This document shows, piece after piece, positions 1 to 12,590 of a DNA stretch of 64,000 nt. How positions within the stretch are numbered: the first letter of the stretch is position 1; each line of letters opens with the position of its first letter. Location: the NCBI RefSeq assembly GCF_002105155.1, contig NW_019029021.1, positions 124,001-188,000 on the forward strand, written 5' to 3'. Below the pieces are notes generated by a model. The model did no database searches. It saw only the letters and a program-made list of their open reading frames with translations, and was not told the DNA's origin. The position numbers were made by a program, and so were the translations under genes. Source of the DNA: Lobosporangium transversale. Taxonomy: Eukaryota.

Positions 1-52
1 TTAAGTGTCTATCTTTATCCATGATCACACTCCATCGACATCTCTTTGCAAC

Positions 53-1516
53 ATGGACAACCTTAAGCTAAACCCCTTACAGATCCCAGAAATCCTCTTA
101 CTCATTGCCGAGCTGCTCAACAAAAGGGACCTTCTGAACTGTATCCGCGTCTCCAAGGCTTTTCATAAAACTCTTATCAGCCTCATATGGAAGAAAATCA
201 CTGTCGGACAGGTAGGAGAACCAGGCAGCAAAGCAATACAGAAGCATAACGAATACATCGAAGAAATTACATTTGACGGCTACGGGTTTAATGACTCATT
301 CCCAGAGAAGTATGAGTCGCTACAGAGGCTTCAGTCCATCACATACAAAGGGTGGTGTTCATGGCCCAAACCGATCCACGCCATCAATCAGATCAAGGCC
401 CACAGCTCCATCATCACTAGCCTTTGCTTGAACGAATGTATTAAGTTTTCGTGTTCGTCAGAGCTCTGGGAGGCTTTATTGGAATGCATCAATCTCAGGC
501 ACTTGGAGGTTTATGACAAAGCTATTGATGTTGGAGCCGACCTATTCCTTCAAGTATGCAAGAGACTTGATCACTTGAAATTGTACGAAGTATCCATCCA
601 GCTACCTATCAACTTCTTTAGTAATGAGGACAGCGAGTATATTTTCCCAAACATACGCACACTGCGTATTTCGCATGTCCGAATAACCAACCCTCCGCAT
701 CCGTACAGCAAGTGGTATTGCCTCGGGATGTTAGTAAGGAATTGTCGAGCATTGCGTTCATTGCACATTGAGAGCTGGGACGAAAAAGATCAGTCAGACT
801 ACAGGGCATTCCTTCAGCACCCTTGGGCTCTGAATAACTTGTCAGATCTATGGTTCCGTGGGATGATAATAGAAGACAAGGATATGGCGGCAATTCTCAG
901 ACGGATGACAGGATTAAGGCAGTTAGGCCTCCCTTATGCTATATTCGATCAGCTCTCTTTGCAAGAGTTGCTAGCTGACAAGCAAGAAGTGATGGATAAT
1001 GGACAGCTAGTACGAAAGACAAGGCTTCTGAGGCTCTGTGAGACAGTTGAGACGTTAGTGTTCCATGCAGTGAGCGGAGAGAACAGCAGTATTATTCAGG
1101 CTATTTTATCAAATTGTCCACGATTGAAAACACTAGAAGGATCTAAAACTACAGTATCAGAGATTGTCGATGGAGCAGAATGGGTTTGTGCTGGATTGAC
1201 TCACTTGGATATTTATCTTGAGGCAGACATTGATCAAGAAACTGAAGAAGGCATGGCAAAGGCACGCATTGCGTTTAAGCAGCTTGGCAAGCTGACTCAG
1301 CTAGAATATCTTAGCCTAACACGGTGCTTTCTGAATCCTCCTAGTAGGACACTGGACATGAGATTAAGAGCAGGTCTGGATGAACTAGCCAATCTGAAGA
1401 GACTACATACACTAAGTTTCCTAAATGTTGACCAGCAGCGGATGCAACTTGAGGATACGACATGGATGGTGAACAACTGGCCAAATATTAAATACTTGGT
1501 TCTTGAAGTCGCATAA
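53..1516 (+). CDS. F-box/LRR (RNI-like) protein, copy A; extreme C-terminus altered by a ~47 bp frameshifting deletion
   Basis: ATG at 53 (MDNLKLNPLQIPEILLLIAELL..DLLNCIRVSKAFH, an F-box-like motif) followed by repeated LxxLxL units; intronless; paralogous to five other copies in the window. Confidence 0.8.
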   Translation: MDNLKLNPLQIPEILLLIAELLNKRDLLNCIRVSKAFHKTLISLIWKKITVGQVGEPGSKAIQKHNEYIEEITFDGYGFNDSFPEKYESLQRLQSITYKGWCSWPKPIHAINQIKAHSSIITSLCLNECIKFSCSSELWEALLECINLRHLEVYDKAIDVGADLFLQVCKRLDHLKLYEVSIQLPINFFSNEDSEYIFPNIRTLRISHVRITNPPHPYSKWYCLGMLVRNCRALRSLHIESWDEKDQSDYRAFLQHPWALNNLSDLWFRGMIIEDKDMAAILRRMTGLRQLGLPYAIFDQLSLQELLADKQEVMDNGQLVRKTRLLRLCETVETLVFHAVSGENSSIIQAILSNCPRLKTLEGSKTTVSEIVDGAEWVCAGLTHLDIYLEADIDQETEEGMAKARIAFKQLGKLTQLEYLSLTRCFLNPPSRTLDMRLRAGLDELANLKRLHTLSFLNVDQQRMQLEDTTWMVNNWPNIKYLVLEVA

Positions 1517-2051
1517 TATAGTTTTAAATAAATGAGAGCAATGACACATATAGCCTGGTATGGAGAACAAGCGCCATAGCCATAAGGCTTCGAAGGCCTA
1601 CCACTGATGATTAGGACACCTTCGTGATAATGGTGACAAAGTAAAAAAAAAAAAAAAACGTTACATTTTGGCTACAATAGTGCCTGCTTTTTGCATCCCA
1701 TGGAGCTTTTTACACAATGCATTTGTCAAGTCTATTTAAAAGCGCTCTTCTAAAAGAGTTTTTCAAGCATTGTTTATGAGTGGGCTAGGGTCTTGTTAGA
1801 GCTAATGAGCGTGTGGGGAAGATGGGCTGTTTTGTGGCCCATATGGGCATACTCGACTCCTGGATCTATAGAGAGTTTCCATACGAAAATTCTCAAATGG
1901 ACAACGCCGCATTGTGGTTTCTCCCTGATGGAATCCAACACTATAGAGCTTTCGTCATTATTAGAAGCTCTGTACAGCATGCGCGTCGGAAGTGCCTGGT
2001 AAACTGACAAAATACCCAGCAGGAATATTTGTCAAATGTTGAGACTCTCAC

Positions 2052-2088
<37 letters not shown>

Positions 2089-2749
2089 TTTTTTTTCGGA
2101 GGTAATTATGTAAGCCATAATTCAAAACTCAAGAGAATGTTTTGCATGGATTTATTATGTCTGCATCGTATATCACCAACTAGGGTCCTATTGCAGTCTT
2201 AAAAAAAAAAAAAAAGTTGTGTGAGTTCGTGGTTGTTCTTTATTCATTTACTTAATCTCCAAAGGAGACAAAATTGCCACGTTTTTTTTTATTATTTACA
2301 ATGTCATTGGACAGTGGGGTTTCTCGCGCGTAACTTTGTTTAAAGTTACAGGAACATTGTCAAAAATGCGATTAACATTTGGCGATGACGACTTGTAACG
2401 TTGAATAAAAAAAAAAACGAGACACTTTTTTTATGAAAAAGAAAACCTAATTTGTAAAGTTTCTCTAATATCCTTTAATGACAAGGAACAGCTCTGGAGA
2501 CAACCTCTTAATTGACAATAGGATGAGTTTCTGGGATGTGACATAGTAGACTAACATGACTAGAAACCGAAAGCGTCATAGGAGCTCTTTTTTTTTGATT
2601 TTGATTTGGTGGCTAATTATTTCTTCCCCCCACATCCATCTCCCACAAACTTGTCCGTCAACTTGACATTTGACCTTCTATCTTTGAATCTCGGAGGTAG
2701 CAGGTTGACATGAAAAGATAAGAGAGGTTTTTTTCTTTTCTTTTTTTTT

Positions 2750-5720
2750 TTTTTATTTTTTTTTATTGGCCAACAAGGGCCTGCATCATTGTCTAGGACA
2801 TACACACTCAGAAAATAGCTACAGAATATATCACATTACCTAGGAATGACCCCGTTACTCTCTCACTCCAACGTATGTACTCATGTTTCTTCAAAGAGTG
2901 CATCAAGACAAACGAATGGAAAGATCCAGCCTAGATTTCTTGCTTCCTCTGTCGGTCGATAGGAATCAAGTCAAAACTCTCTTCTCTGCAGCATAATCCA
3001 CGCCTAGTTTTTTTTTTGTAACATTTCCCAGATGTAAGAGTTTACAAGCTTCCAAGTGGCAAAATATATCTAAAGGACATATTGCAAGCTAGCTTATATT
3101 CACCAACTATTTGACCTGTGCTTCTAGTTCAAAGGATGACTCACAAAGCGGCCAGAGGTCCTAGCTACGGCATTGAGGACAGCAGAAAAAGAGGGATTCG
3201 ATGCCTCCCAACTACCAGATTGGCTCACATAGGAAGGAGATCATTGCAACTTTGGAGGCAATCAAATGTCAGTGGGGGCTCATATGAATTTGCTGTTACC
3301 AGGATTTGGGTTCTTGGAGATATCTTTTATGCACTATCAAAAGACATCAGTCCATGTCACATTGATGATGTGGTATGAATCGGTATCTCTGTCTTTGCTG
3401 ACGACTATCCCTGCCATCCTTGACAACTTCGACATCTTCAGCCACTTGCACTTCGACTTCAGAACCAATGTACATTGATCCAATGCTTATGCTTGAGAGT
3501 TCAAAGAGGTTTTGGGGAAATTCTAGTAGTTCCCTTCAGTATTATTGTCTAAAAGCCAGACAGTTTCCATACTACACTTTATAATATTTCTCCATCTTTT
3601 TCCTTTTTACTCAAAAACATAATTTCTTATCCTTTTGAGGAAGATGTATTTTCAATTATGATTGACACCCTGAGAGACGCAGTTACATGCACGTTTAGAG
3701 TTGGAAAGAGTGCGCAGTAGTTTCTGAAACTCAATTTCTCTGTCGACACAAATTCCGGCCACATCGTCGTCTTTTTTTTTTTTTTTTTTTTTTTTTTTTA
3801 TCGCTCCATCTCTCGCAGCATGGACAACCTTAAGCTGAATCCCTTCGAGATCCCGGAAATCTTCTTACACATTGCCGAGCTGCTCGAGCAAAGAGACTTC
3901 TAAACTGTATCCACGTCTCCAAGGCTTTTCATAGAACTCTTATCGGACTCACTTGGAGGATAATCACAATCGGACAGGGAGGAGAACCTGACAGCAAAGC
4001 AGTGCATAAGCATAACGAATACATTGAAGAAATTACATTTGAAAGCTACAAGTTTAATAACTCATTTCCAGAGAGGCATGAGTCGTTACAGAGGCTTCAG
4101 TCCATCGCATACACATGGTGGTGTTCATGGCCCACACCAACCCGCCTTATCAATCAGATCAAGGCCCACAGCTCCATCATCACTAGCTTTCATGCAACCG
4201 AATGTATTGAGTATCCGCCAGAGCTCTGGAAGGTTTTGTTAGAATGCACCAACCTCAACCACTTGAATATTAATCGCAAAGATGTCGATGTTGGAGTTGA
4301 CTTATTCCTACAAGTCTACTAGGAACTTCGGCACTTGGAATTGGACCATGTAACCATTCACCAGCTCCCTGTCAATATTCTTAGTACAGAGCACAGTGAA
4401 TATATTTTCTCAAATAAACACACACTCCGTATTGACCATGTCAGGATAGCCGACCTTCTGCATTCGTACAGCGACTGGTATTGCCTCGGGATGTAAGCAA
4501 GGAGCTGCCCAGCATTGTGTTCACTGGACATTAAGGGTCACAGCCGAGATGAAGGAGACTTCTACAAGGTAGCGCTCCTTCAGCATCCTTGGACTCTGAA
4601 TAATCTGTCAGACCTACGTGCCTATATCACAATCGAGGGCGAGGATATAGCAACGCTTCTTAGACGGATGAGTGAACTAAAATGGCTATGCCTCCCTAAG
4701 TGTAAATTCGGTCAGCTCTCTTTGCAGGAGTTGCTAGCTGACAAGCAAGAAGTGATGGATAATGGACAACTAGTACGAAAGACAAGGCTTTGGAGGCTTT
4801 GTGAGACAGTTGAGACGCTGGTATTCGTGATAAATAGCGGTATTGGTGGCCAGACTATTTTATCAAAATGCCCACGACTGAAAATACTGGATGGATTTGT
4901 AATTACAGTATCAGAGATTGTCGATGGAACAGAATGGGTTTGTACTAGGTTAACTCGCTTGAATATCTATCTTGAGGCAGATATTGATCAGGAGACTGAG
5001 GGAGGGATGGCAAAGGCACGTATTGCGTTTAGACAACTAGGTAAACTGACTCGGCTTGAAAGTCTTGACCTAACAGGATGGGACCCAAGGAGTCTAGATA
5101 GACGGAGACTGGACATGAGATTAAGAGCAGGTCTGGATGAACTAGCCAATCTGAAGAGACTAAATTGGCTAAGCTTCAGATTTGATCGCTGCCAGCGAAT
5201 ATAGCTTGAGGATGCGACATGGATGATGAACAACAGGCCAAAGATCAGAGGTGTGGGTGGTGTTCTGAACGGTGAGGAAGAGACAGCTGCTTTGCTGAAA
5301 GGGCTCCTTAAATCACATAACATATCCAATAGAAGATAGAATATAGAGGAAAGTATTACCAGGTCATACCCTGATATAGAGACAGAGATCTTATACATAG
5401 ATCTTATAGTGCACATCTACTTCCTGATAACTGTAACGAGTAGTGCAGCAACTTGGTTTTCTGCAAAGAAATGACATGATGGTTTAGCTGAAGAGGTAGC
5501 TGAATCTCGCCTCTGTTTGATTTCTCCTTTTTCTCTTATACAATTCTTTTCACAGCGTTGAGGTAGAGTATATGTAATGCTTACTGGAATTCAATCTCAC
5601 TTTTGACCTACAGTCCACGCTTGATTTAATGAAAAAATAATAGCCGCACATTTATTTGGCAGCCTCCTTAAGTGAAATGTCATAGCTGTGAAAGATTCAA
5701 AGAGTGGCACCTTGTCCCTC
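2750..5720 (+). repeat. Left arm of ~3 kb inverted duplication (partner 7590-10760)
   Basis: ORFs 3118..3378, 4002..4322 and 4515..5204 are mirrored exactly by 10135..10395, 9191..9511 and 8309..8998 (coordinate sum 13513); diverged homology continues on both sides. Confidence 0.95.
3820..5339 (+). pseudogene. F-box/LRR pseudogene, copy B
   Basis: ATG at 3820 (MDNLKLNPFEIPEI). A 1-bp deletion near 3898 gives TAA at 3901; nonsense codons at ~4320 (TAG for AAG), ~4494 (TAA for TTA) and 5202 (TAG for CAG) relative to intact paralogues. Confidence 0.85.
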
Positions 5721-5932
5721 TCCTTTTAGGCTGCACTTTGGATAGTTTCTGCAACGGTAATGCCTTGGATCTATATATTTTTACTGCTGTGGTGGCTCTT
5801 ATCATTATTTAGATCGAATAGCAGCTATCAGGATATATGTATGCACTAAAAGGTCCATGTGTAAGATCTCTGTCTCTATATCAAGGTATAATGTGATAAC
5901 GCCCTCCTATTCTTCTATTATCTATCAGTATA

Positions 5933-7453
5933 TCAGTAAATGCATATGTCATGCGATTCAAAGAACTCTTCCAGCAAAGCAGCTGCATCTTCCTCGCCGT
6001 TCAGAACACCATGCACGCCTCTAATCCTTGGCCAATTGTTCACCATCCATGTCGCATCCTCAAGCTGCATTCGCTGCTGATCATCACCTTCAACCTTTAG
6101 CGTTTCTAGTCTCTTCAGATTGGCTAGTTCATTCAGGCCCGTTCGTAGTCTCAAATCCAGTGTCCGTCCGCCTCTATACTTTGAGTACAATGTTAGGTCA
6201 AGATATTCTAGTCGGATCAGCTTGCCAAGCTGCTTAAACGCAATACGTGTCTTTGCCATCCCTTCTTCAGTCTCTTCATCAATATCTGCCTCAAGAGTGA
6301 TACTCAAGCGAGTCAATCCACTACAAACCCATTCTGCTCCATTGACAATCTCTGATACTGTAGTTTTAGGTCCTTCTAGTCTTTTCAGCCGTGGACAATT
6401 TGATAAAATAGCCTGAGCAACACTGCTATCTCCACCGAGCACTAACGTCTCAACTGTCTCACAGAGCCTCCAAAGCCTTGTCTTCTGTACTAGCTGTCCA
6501 TTATTCATCACTTCTTGCCTGTTAGCTAGCAACTCCTGCAAAGAGAGCTGATCGAATCTACCATAAGGGAGGTCTAACTGCCTTAATCCTGTCATCCGTC
6601 CAAGAATTGCCGCCATATCCTTGTCTTCTATTATCTCACAGGAACATAGATCTGACAAGTTATTCAGAGCCCAAGGGTGCTGAAGGAATACCCTGTAGAA
6701 GTCTGACTGATCTTCTTCGTCCCAGCTCTCAATGTCCAATGAACGCAATGCTCGACAATTCCTTACTAACATCCCGAGGCAATACCAGCTGCTGTACGGA
6801 TGCGGAGGGTTGGTTATCCTGAGATCCGAAATACACAGTGTGTGTATGTTTGGGAAAATATACTCGCTGTCCTCATTACTAAAGAAGTTGATAGGTAGCT
6901 GGATGGACACATCTTCCAATTTCAAGTGCTCAAGTTTCTTGCATACTTGAAGGAATAGGTCGGCTCCAACATCAATAACTTTGTCATAAACCTCCAAGTG
7001 CCTGAGATTGATGCATTCCAATAAAGCCAGCCAGAGCTCTGACGAACACGAAAACTTAATATTTTCGTTCAAGCAAAGGCTAGTGATGATGGAGCTATAA
7101 GCCTTGATATGGTTGAAAAGGTGAATTGGTTTTGGTTTGGGCCAATTACATCCTCTCCCAAATACGATAGACTTGAGTCCCTGCAGTGATCCATACTTCT
7201 TTGGGAAAGAAGCCTTAAAGGTGTAAGACTCAAATGTTATCTCTTCAATGTATTCCTTGTGCTTCTGTACTGCTTTACTATTAGGATCTCCTTGCCGTCT
7301 GACAGTGATTTTCCTCCATATGAGGCTGATAAGAGTTTTATGAAAAGCCTTGGAGACGCAGATACAGTTTAGAAGGTCGCTTCGCTCGAGCAGCTCAGCA
7401 ATGAGTAAGAGGATTTCTGGAATCTGTAAGGGATTCAGCTTAAGGTTGTCCAT
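5933..7453 (-). CDS. F-box/LRR protein, copy C (506 aa)
   Basis: Intact ORF from ATG at 7453; same F-box-like N-terminus and LRR units. Confidence 0.85.
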   Translation of the reverse strand: MDNLKLNPLQIPEILLLIAELLERSDLLNCICVSKAFHKTLISLIWRKITVRRQGDPNSKAVQKHKEYIEEITFESYTFKASFPKKYGSLQGLKSIVFGRGCNWPKPKPIHLFNHIKAYSSIITSLCLNENIKFSCSSELWLALLECINLRHLEVYDKVIDVGADLFLQVCKKLEHLKLEDVSIQLPINFFSNEDSEYIFPNIHTLCISDLRITNPPHPYSSWYCLGMLVRNCRALRSLDIESWDEEDQSDFYRVFLQHPWALNNLSDLCSCEIIEDKDMAAILGRMTGLRQLDLPYGRFDQLSLQELLANRQEVMNNGQLVQKTRLWRLCETVETLVLGGDSSVAQAILSNCPRLKRLEGPKTTVSEIVNGAEWVCSGLTRLSITLEADIDEETEEGMAKTRIAFKQLGKLIRLEYLDLTLYSKYRGGRTLDLRLRTGLNELANLKRLETLKVEGDDQQRMQLEDATWMVNNWPRIRGVHGVLNGEEDAAALLEEFFESHDICIY

Positions 7454-7589
7454 GTTGCGAAGAAACAAAGTCGATGGAGTGAGAAAAACAAATGTGGCTG
7501 GATTTTACAGTCCACGCTTGATTTCAAGACAAATCTATCCTATCCAAAAAGCGCGAAATAAATCGTCACTAAAATAATTAGCAACCTCC

Positions 7590-10500
7590 CTAAAAGTGAA
7601 GGGACAAATCTTTCACATTTATGACATTTCCCTTAAGGAGGCTGCCAAATAAATGTGCGGCTATTATTTTTTCAAATTGGATAGAATACTGTATTCATTT
7701 CTACGCTTGATTTTAAGTCAGGTTTATACGTCAAAAGCGAGATTGAATTCCACTAACCATTGCATCTACTTTATCTCAACGTTGTGAAAAGAATCGTTTA
7801 AGAGAAAGGAGCAATAGCAAGAAAAAGAAGAAGGACGAATCAAACAAAGACGAGATTCAGTTATCCCTTCATCTAAACCTACAGTAGATCAAGTTGCTGC
7901 ACTACTCGTTGGGCAGCAAAATAAAGGCCCTATTTTGAGACAAACCCATGCTGCGCATAGGCTATCCAAGTTGGGGAGATGTTCTCCACTTTTGGATAGT
8001 TTCTGCAATGGCAATGCTTTGCGCATATGTTCATTACTGTGGCGACTCTTATCACCTTCATTATCATTTAGGTCGAATAACAGTTATCAGGAAGTAGATG
8101 TGCACTATAAGATCTATGTATAAGATCTCTGTCTCTATACCAGGGTATGACCTGATCATACTTTCCTTTATATTTATTGTCTATTGGATATACTATGCGA
8201 TTCAAAGAACTCTTTCAGCAAAGCAGCTGTCTCTTCCTCACCGTTCAGAACACCACCCACACCTCTGATCTTTGGCCTGTTGTTCATCATCCATGTCGCA
8301 TCCTCAAGCTATATTCGCTGGCAGCGATCAAATCTGAAGCTTAGCCAATTTAGTCTCTTCAGATTGGCTAGTTCATCCAGACCTGCTCTTAATCTCATGT
8401 CCAGTCTCCGTCTATCTAGACTCCTTGGGTCCCATCCTGTTAGGTCAAGACTTTCAAGCCGAGTCAGTTTACCTAGTTGTCTAAACGCAATACGTGCCTT
8501 TGCCATCCCTCCCTCAGTCTCCTGATCAATATCTGCCTCAAGATAGATATTCAAGCGAGTTAACCTAGTACAAACCCATTCTGTTCCATCGACAATCTCT
8601 GATACTGTAATTACAAATCCATCCAGTATTTTCAGTCGTGGGCATTTTGATAAAATAGTCTGGCCACCAATACCGCTATTTATCACGAATACCAGCGTCT
8701 CAACTGTCTCACAAAGCCTCCAAAGCCTTGTCTTTCGTACTAGTTGTCCATTATCCATCACTTCTTGCTTGTCAGCTAGCAACTCCTGCAAAGAGAGCTG
8801 ACCGAATTTACACTTAGGGAGGCATAGCCATTTTAGTTCACTCATCCGTCTAAGAAGCGTTGCTATATCCTCGCCCTCGATTGTGATATAGGCACGTAGG
8901 TCTGACAGATTATTCAGAGTCCAAGGATGCTGAAGGAGCGCTACCTTGTAGAAGTCTCCTTCATCTCGGCTGTGACCCTTAATGTCCAGTGAACACAATG
9001 CTGGGCAGCTCCTTGCTTACATCCCGAGGCAATACCAGTCGCTGTACGAATGCAGAAGGTCGGCTATCCTGACATGGTCAATACGGAGTGTGTGTTTATT
9101 TGAGAAAATATATTCACTGTGCTCTGTACTAAGAATATTGACAGGGAGCTGGTGAATGGTTACATGGTCCAATTCCAAGTGCCGAAGTTCCTAGTAGACT
9201 TGTAGGAATAAGTCAACTCCAACATCGACATCTTTGCGATTAATATTCAAGTGGTTGAGGTTGGTGCATTCTAACAAAACCTTCCAGAGCTCTGGCGGAT
9301 ACTCAATACATTCGGTTGCATGAAAGCTAGTGATGATGGAGCTGTGGGCCTTGATCTGATTGATAAGGCGGGTTGGTGTGGGCCATGAACACCACCATGT
9401 GTATGCGATGGACTGAAGCCTCTGTAACGACTCATGCCTCTCTGGAAATGAGTTATTAAACTTGTAGCTTTCAAATGTAATTTCTTCAATGTATTCGTTA
9501 TGCTTATGCACTGCTTTGCTGTCAGGTTCTCCTCCCTGTCCGATTGTGATTATCCTCCAAGTGAGTCCGATAAGAGTTCTATGAAAAGCCTTGGAGACGT
9601 GGATACAGTTTAGAAGTCTCTTTGCTCGAGCAGCTCGGCAATGTGTAAGAAGATTTCCGGGATCTCGAAGGGATTCAGCTTAAGGTTGTCCATGCTGCGA
9701 GAGATGGAGCGATAAAAAAAAAAAAAAAAAAAAAAAAAAAAGACGACGATGTGGCCGGAATTTGTGTCGACAGAGAAATTGAGTTTCAGAAACTACTGCG
9801 CACTCTTTCCAACTCTAAACGTGCATGTAACTGCGTCTCTCAGGGTGTCAATCATAATTGAAAATACATCTTCCTCAAAAGGATAAGAAATTATGTTTTT
9901 GAGTAAAAAGGAAAAAGATGGAGAAATATTATAAAGTGTAGTATGGAAACTGTCTGGCTTTTAGACAATAATACTGAAGGGAACTACTAGAATTTCCCCA
10001 AAACCTCTTTGAACTCTCAAGCATAAGCATTGGATCAATGTACATTGGTTCTGAAGTCGAAGTGCAAGTGGCTGAAGATGTCGAAGTTGTCAAGGATGGC
10101 AGGGATAGTCGTCAGCAAAGACAGAGATACCGATTCATACCACATCATCAATGTGACATGGACTGATGTCTTTTGATAGTGCATAAAAGATATCTCCAAG
10201 AACCCAAATCCTGGTAACAGCAAATTCATATGAGCCCCCACTGACATTTGATTGCCTCCAAAGTTGCAATGATCTCCTTCCTATGTGAGCCAATCTGGTA
10301 GTTGGGAGGCATCGAATCCCTCTTTTTCTGCTGTCCTCAATGCCGTAGCTAGGACCTCTGGCCGCTTTGTGAGTCATCCTTTGAACTAGAAGCACAGGTC
10401 AAATAGTTGGTGAATATAAGCTAGCTTGCAATATGTCCTTTAGATATATTTTGCCACTTGGAAGCTTGTAAACTCTTACATCTGGGAAATGTTACAAAAA

Positions 10501-10760
10501 AAAAAACTAGGCGTGGATTATGCTGCAGAGAAGAGAGTTTTGACTTGATTCCTATCGACCGACAGAGGAAGCAAGAAATCTAGGCTGGATCTTTCCATTC
10601 GTTTGTCTTGATGCACTCTTTGAAGGAACATGAGTACATACGTTGGAGTGAGAGAGTAACGGGATCACTTCTAGGCCATGCGATATACTCTGTAGCTATT
10701 TTCTGAGTGTGTATGTCCTAGACAATGATTCAGGTCCTTGTTGGCCAATAAAAAAAAAAA
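7590..10760 (-). repeat. Right arm of ~3 kb inverted duplication (partner 2750-5720)
   Basis: Reverse complement of the left arm; near-identical over ~8212-10625. Confidence 0.95.
8170..9693 (-). pseudogene. F-box/LRR pseudogene, copy D (inverted twin of B)
   Basis: ATG at 9693; carries the same frameshift and three stop codons as B; 3' end approximate. Confidence 0.85.
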
Positions 10761-11048
10761 AAGCGCAGCTACACAAGACTAGACTATCATTAGTTCGTTC
10801 TAACAAGACCTAGCCCACTCATAAGCAATGCTTAAAAAACTCTTTCCGAAGAGCGCTTTTAAATAGACTTGACGAATGCATTGTTTAAAAAGCTCCATGG
10901 GATGCAAAAAGCAGACATCATTGTAGTCAAATGAAACGTTTTTTATTTTTTATTTTTTACTTTTGTCACCATTATCACGAAGGTATCCTAATCATCGGTG
11001 GTAGGCCTTCGAAGCCTCATGGCTATGGCTCTTGTTCTCCATACCAGG

Positions 11049-12590
11049 CTATATGTGACAGTGCTTTTCTATTCTCCAATTTATATTATGCGACTTCAAG
11101 AACACTTCCAGCAAGTAAGCTGTCTCTTTCTCATCGTTCAGAGTCCCATATATGTGTTTAAAATTTGGCCAACTGTTCACCATCCATGTCGCATCCTCAA
11201 GCTGCATTCGCTGGTGGTCATCTTCAACCTTTAGCGTTTCTAGTCTCTTCAGATTGGCTAGTTCGCCCAGACCTGCTCTTAATCTCATGTCCAGTGTCCG
11301 ACTAGGAAGATACAGGGAGTTCCGTGTTAGGTCAAGATGTTCTAGCCGAGTCAGCTTGCCAAGCTGCTTAAACGCAATACGTGTCTTTGCCATCCCTTCT
11401 TCAGTCTCTTGATCAATACCTACATTAAGATCTATAGCTAGTGTAGTCAATCTAGTGCTAATCCATTCTGCTCCATCGACAATCTCTGATATCGTGGTTC
11501 TAGATCCTTTCAGTTCCTTCAGTCGTGGACAACTTGATAAAATAGCATGGGCAACATTGCTATATCTATATATACCAATCACTAACGTCTCAACTGTCTC
11601 ACAAAGTCTCGGAAGCCTTGTCTTCTGTACTAGCTGTCCATTATTCATCACTTCTTGCCTGTTAGCTAGCAACTCCTGCAAAGAGAACTGATCGAATCTA
11701 CCATAAGGAACGTCTAACTGCCTTAACCCTATCATCCGTCTGAGAATTGCCGCCATATTCTTGTCGTGTATTATCATCTCACGGAAACATAGATCTGACA
11801 AGTTATTCAGAGCCCAAGGGTGCTGAAGGAATACCCTGTAGAAGTCTGACTGATCTTCTTCGTCCCAGCTCTCAATGTCCAATGAACGCAATGCTCGACA
11901 ATTCCTTACTAACATCCCGAGGCAATACCAGCTGCTGTACGGATGCGGAGGGTTGGTTATCCTGAGATCCGAAATACACAGTGTGTGTATGTTTGGGAAA
12001 ATATACTCGCTGTCCTCATTACTAAAGAAGTTGATAGGTAGCTGGATGGACACATCTTCCAATTTCAAGTGCTCAAGTTTCTTGCATACTTGAAGGAATA
12101 GGTCGGCTCCAACATCAATAACTTTGTCATAAACCTCCAAGTGCCTGAGATTGATGCATTCCAATAAAGCCAGCCAGAGCTCTGACGAACACGAAAACTT
12201 AATATTTTCGTTCAAGCAAAGGCTAGTGATGATGGAGCTATAAGCCTTGATATGGTTGAAAAGGCGGATTGGTTTGGAGCATTTACATTCATCTCCAAAT
12301 ACGATGGACTTGAGTCCCTGCAGTGATCCATACTTCTTTGGGAAAGAAGCCTTAAAGGTGTAAGACTCAAATGTTATCTCTTCAATGTATTCCTTGTGCT
12401 TCTGTACTGCTTTACTATTAGGATCTCCTTGCCGTCTGACAGTGATTTTCCTCCATATGAGGCTGATAAGAGTTTTATGAAAAGCCTTGGAGACGCAGAT
12501 ACAGTTTAGAAGGTCGCTTCGCTCGAGCAGCTCAGCAATGAGTAAGAGGATTTCTGGAATCTGTAAGGGATTCAGCTTAAGGTTGTCCAT
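11049..12590 (-). CDS. F-box/LRR protein, copy E (513 aa)
   Basis: Intact ORF from ATG at 12590; N-terminal half almost identical to copy C. Confidence 0.85.
   Translation of the reverse strand: MDNLKLNPLQIPEILLLIAELLERSDLLNCICVSKAFHKTLISLIWRKITVRRQGDPNSKAVQKHKEYIEEITFESYTFKASFPKKYGSLQGLKSIVFGDECKCSKPIRLFNHIKAYSSIITSLCLNENIKFSCSSELWLALLECINLRHLEVYDKVIDVGADLFLQVCKKLEHLKLEDVSIQLPINFFSNEDSEYIFPNIHTLCISDLRITNPPHPYSSWYCLGMLVRNCRALRSLDIESWDEEDQSDFYRVFLQHPWALNNLSDLCFREMIIHDKNMAAILRRMIGLRQLDVPYGRFDQFSLQELLANRQEVMNNGQLVQKTRLPRLCETVETLVIGIYRYSNVAHAILSSCPRLKELKGSRTTISEIVDGAEWISTRLTTLAIDLNVGIDQETEEGMAKTRIAFKQLGKLTRLEHLDLTRNSLYLPSRTLDMRLRAGLGELANLKRLETLKVEDDHQRMQLEDATWMVNSWPNFKHIYGTLNDEKETAYLLEVFLKSHNINWRIEKHCHI

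Noticed and set aside
2900..3600. Short ORFs (3118..3378, 3266..3478) duplicated at 10035-10395
   Set aside because: Identity is explained by the inverted duplication; no recognisable protein, though a decayed gene is possible
3820..5339. Stops in B/D as A-to-I editing or readthrough sites
   Set aside because: They replace Lys, Leu and Gln codons rather than Trp, and a frameshift precedes them
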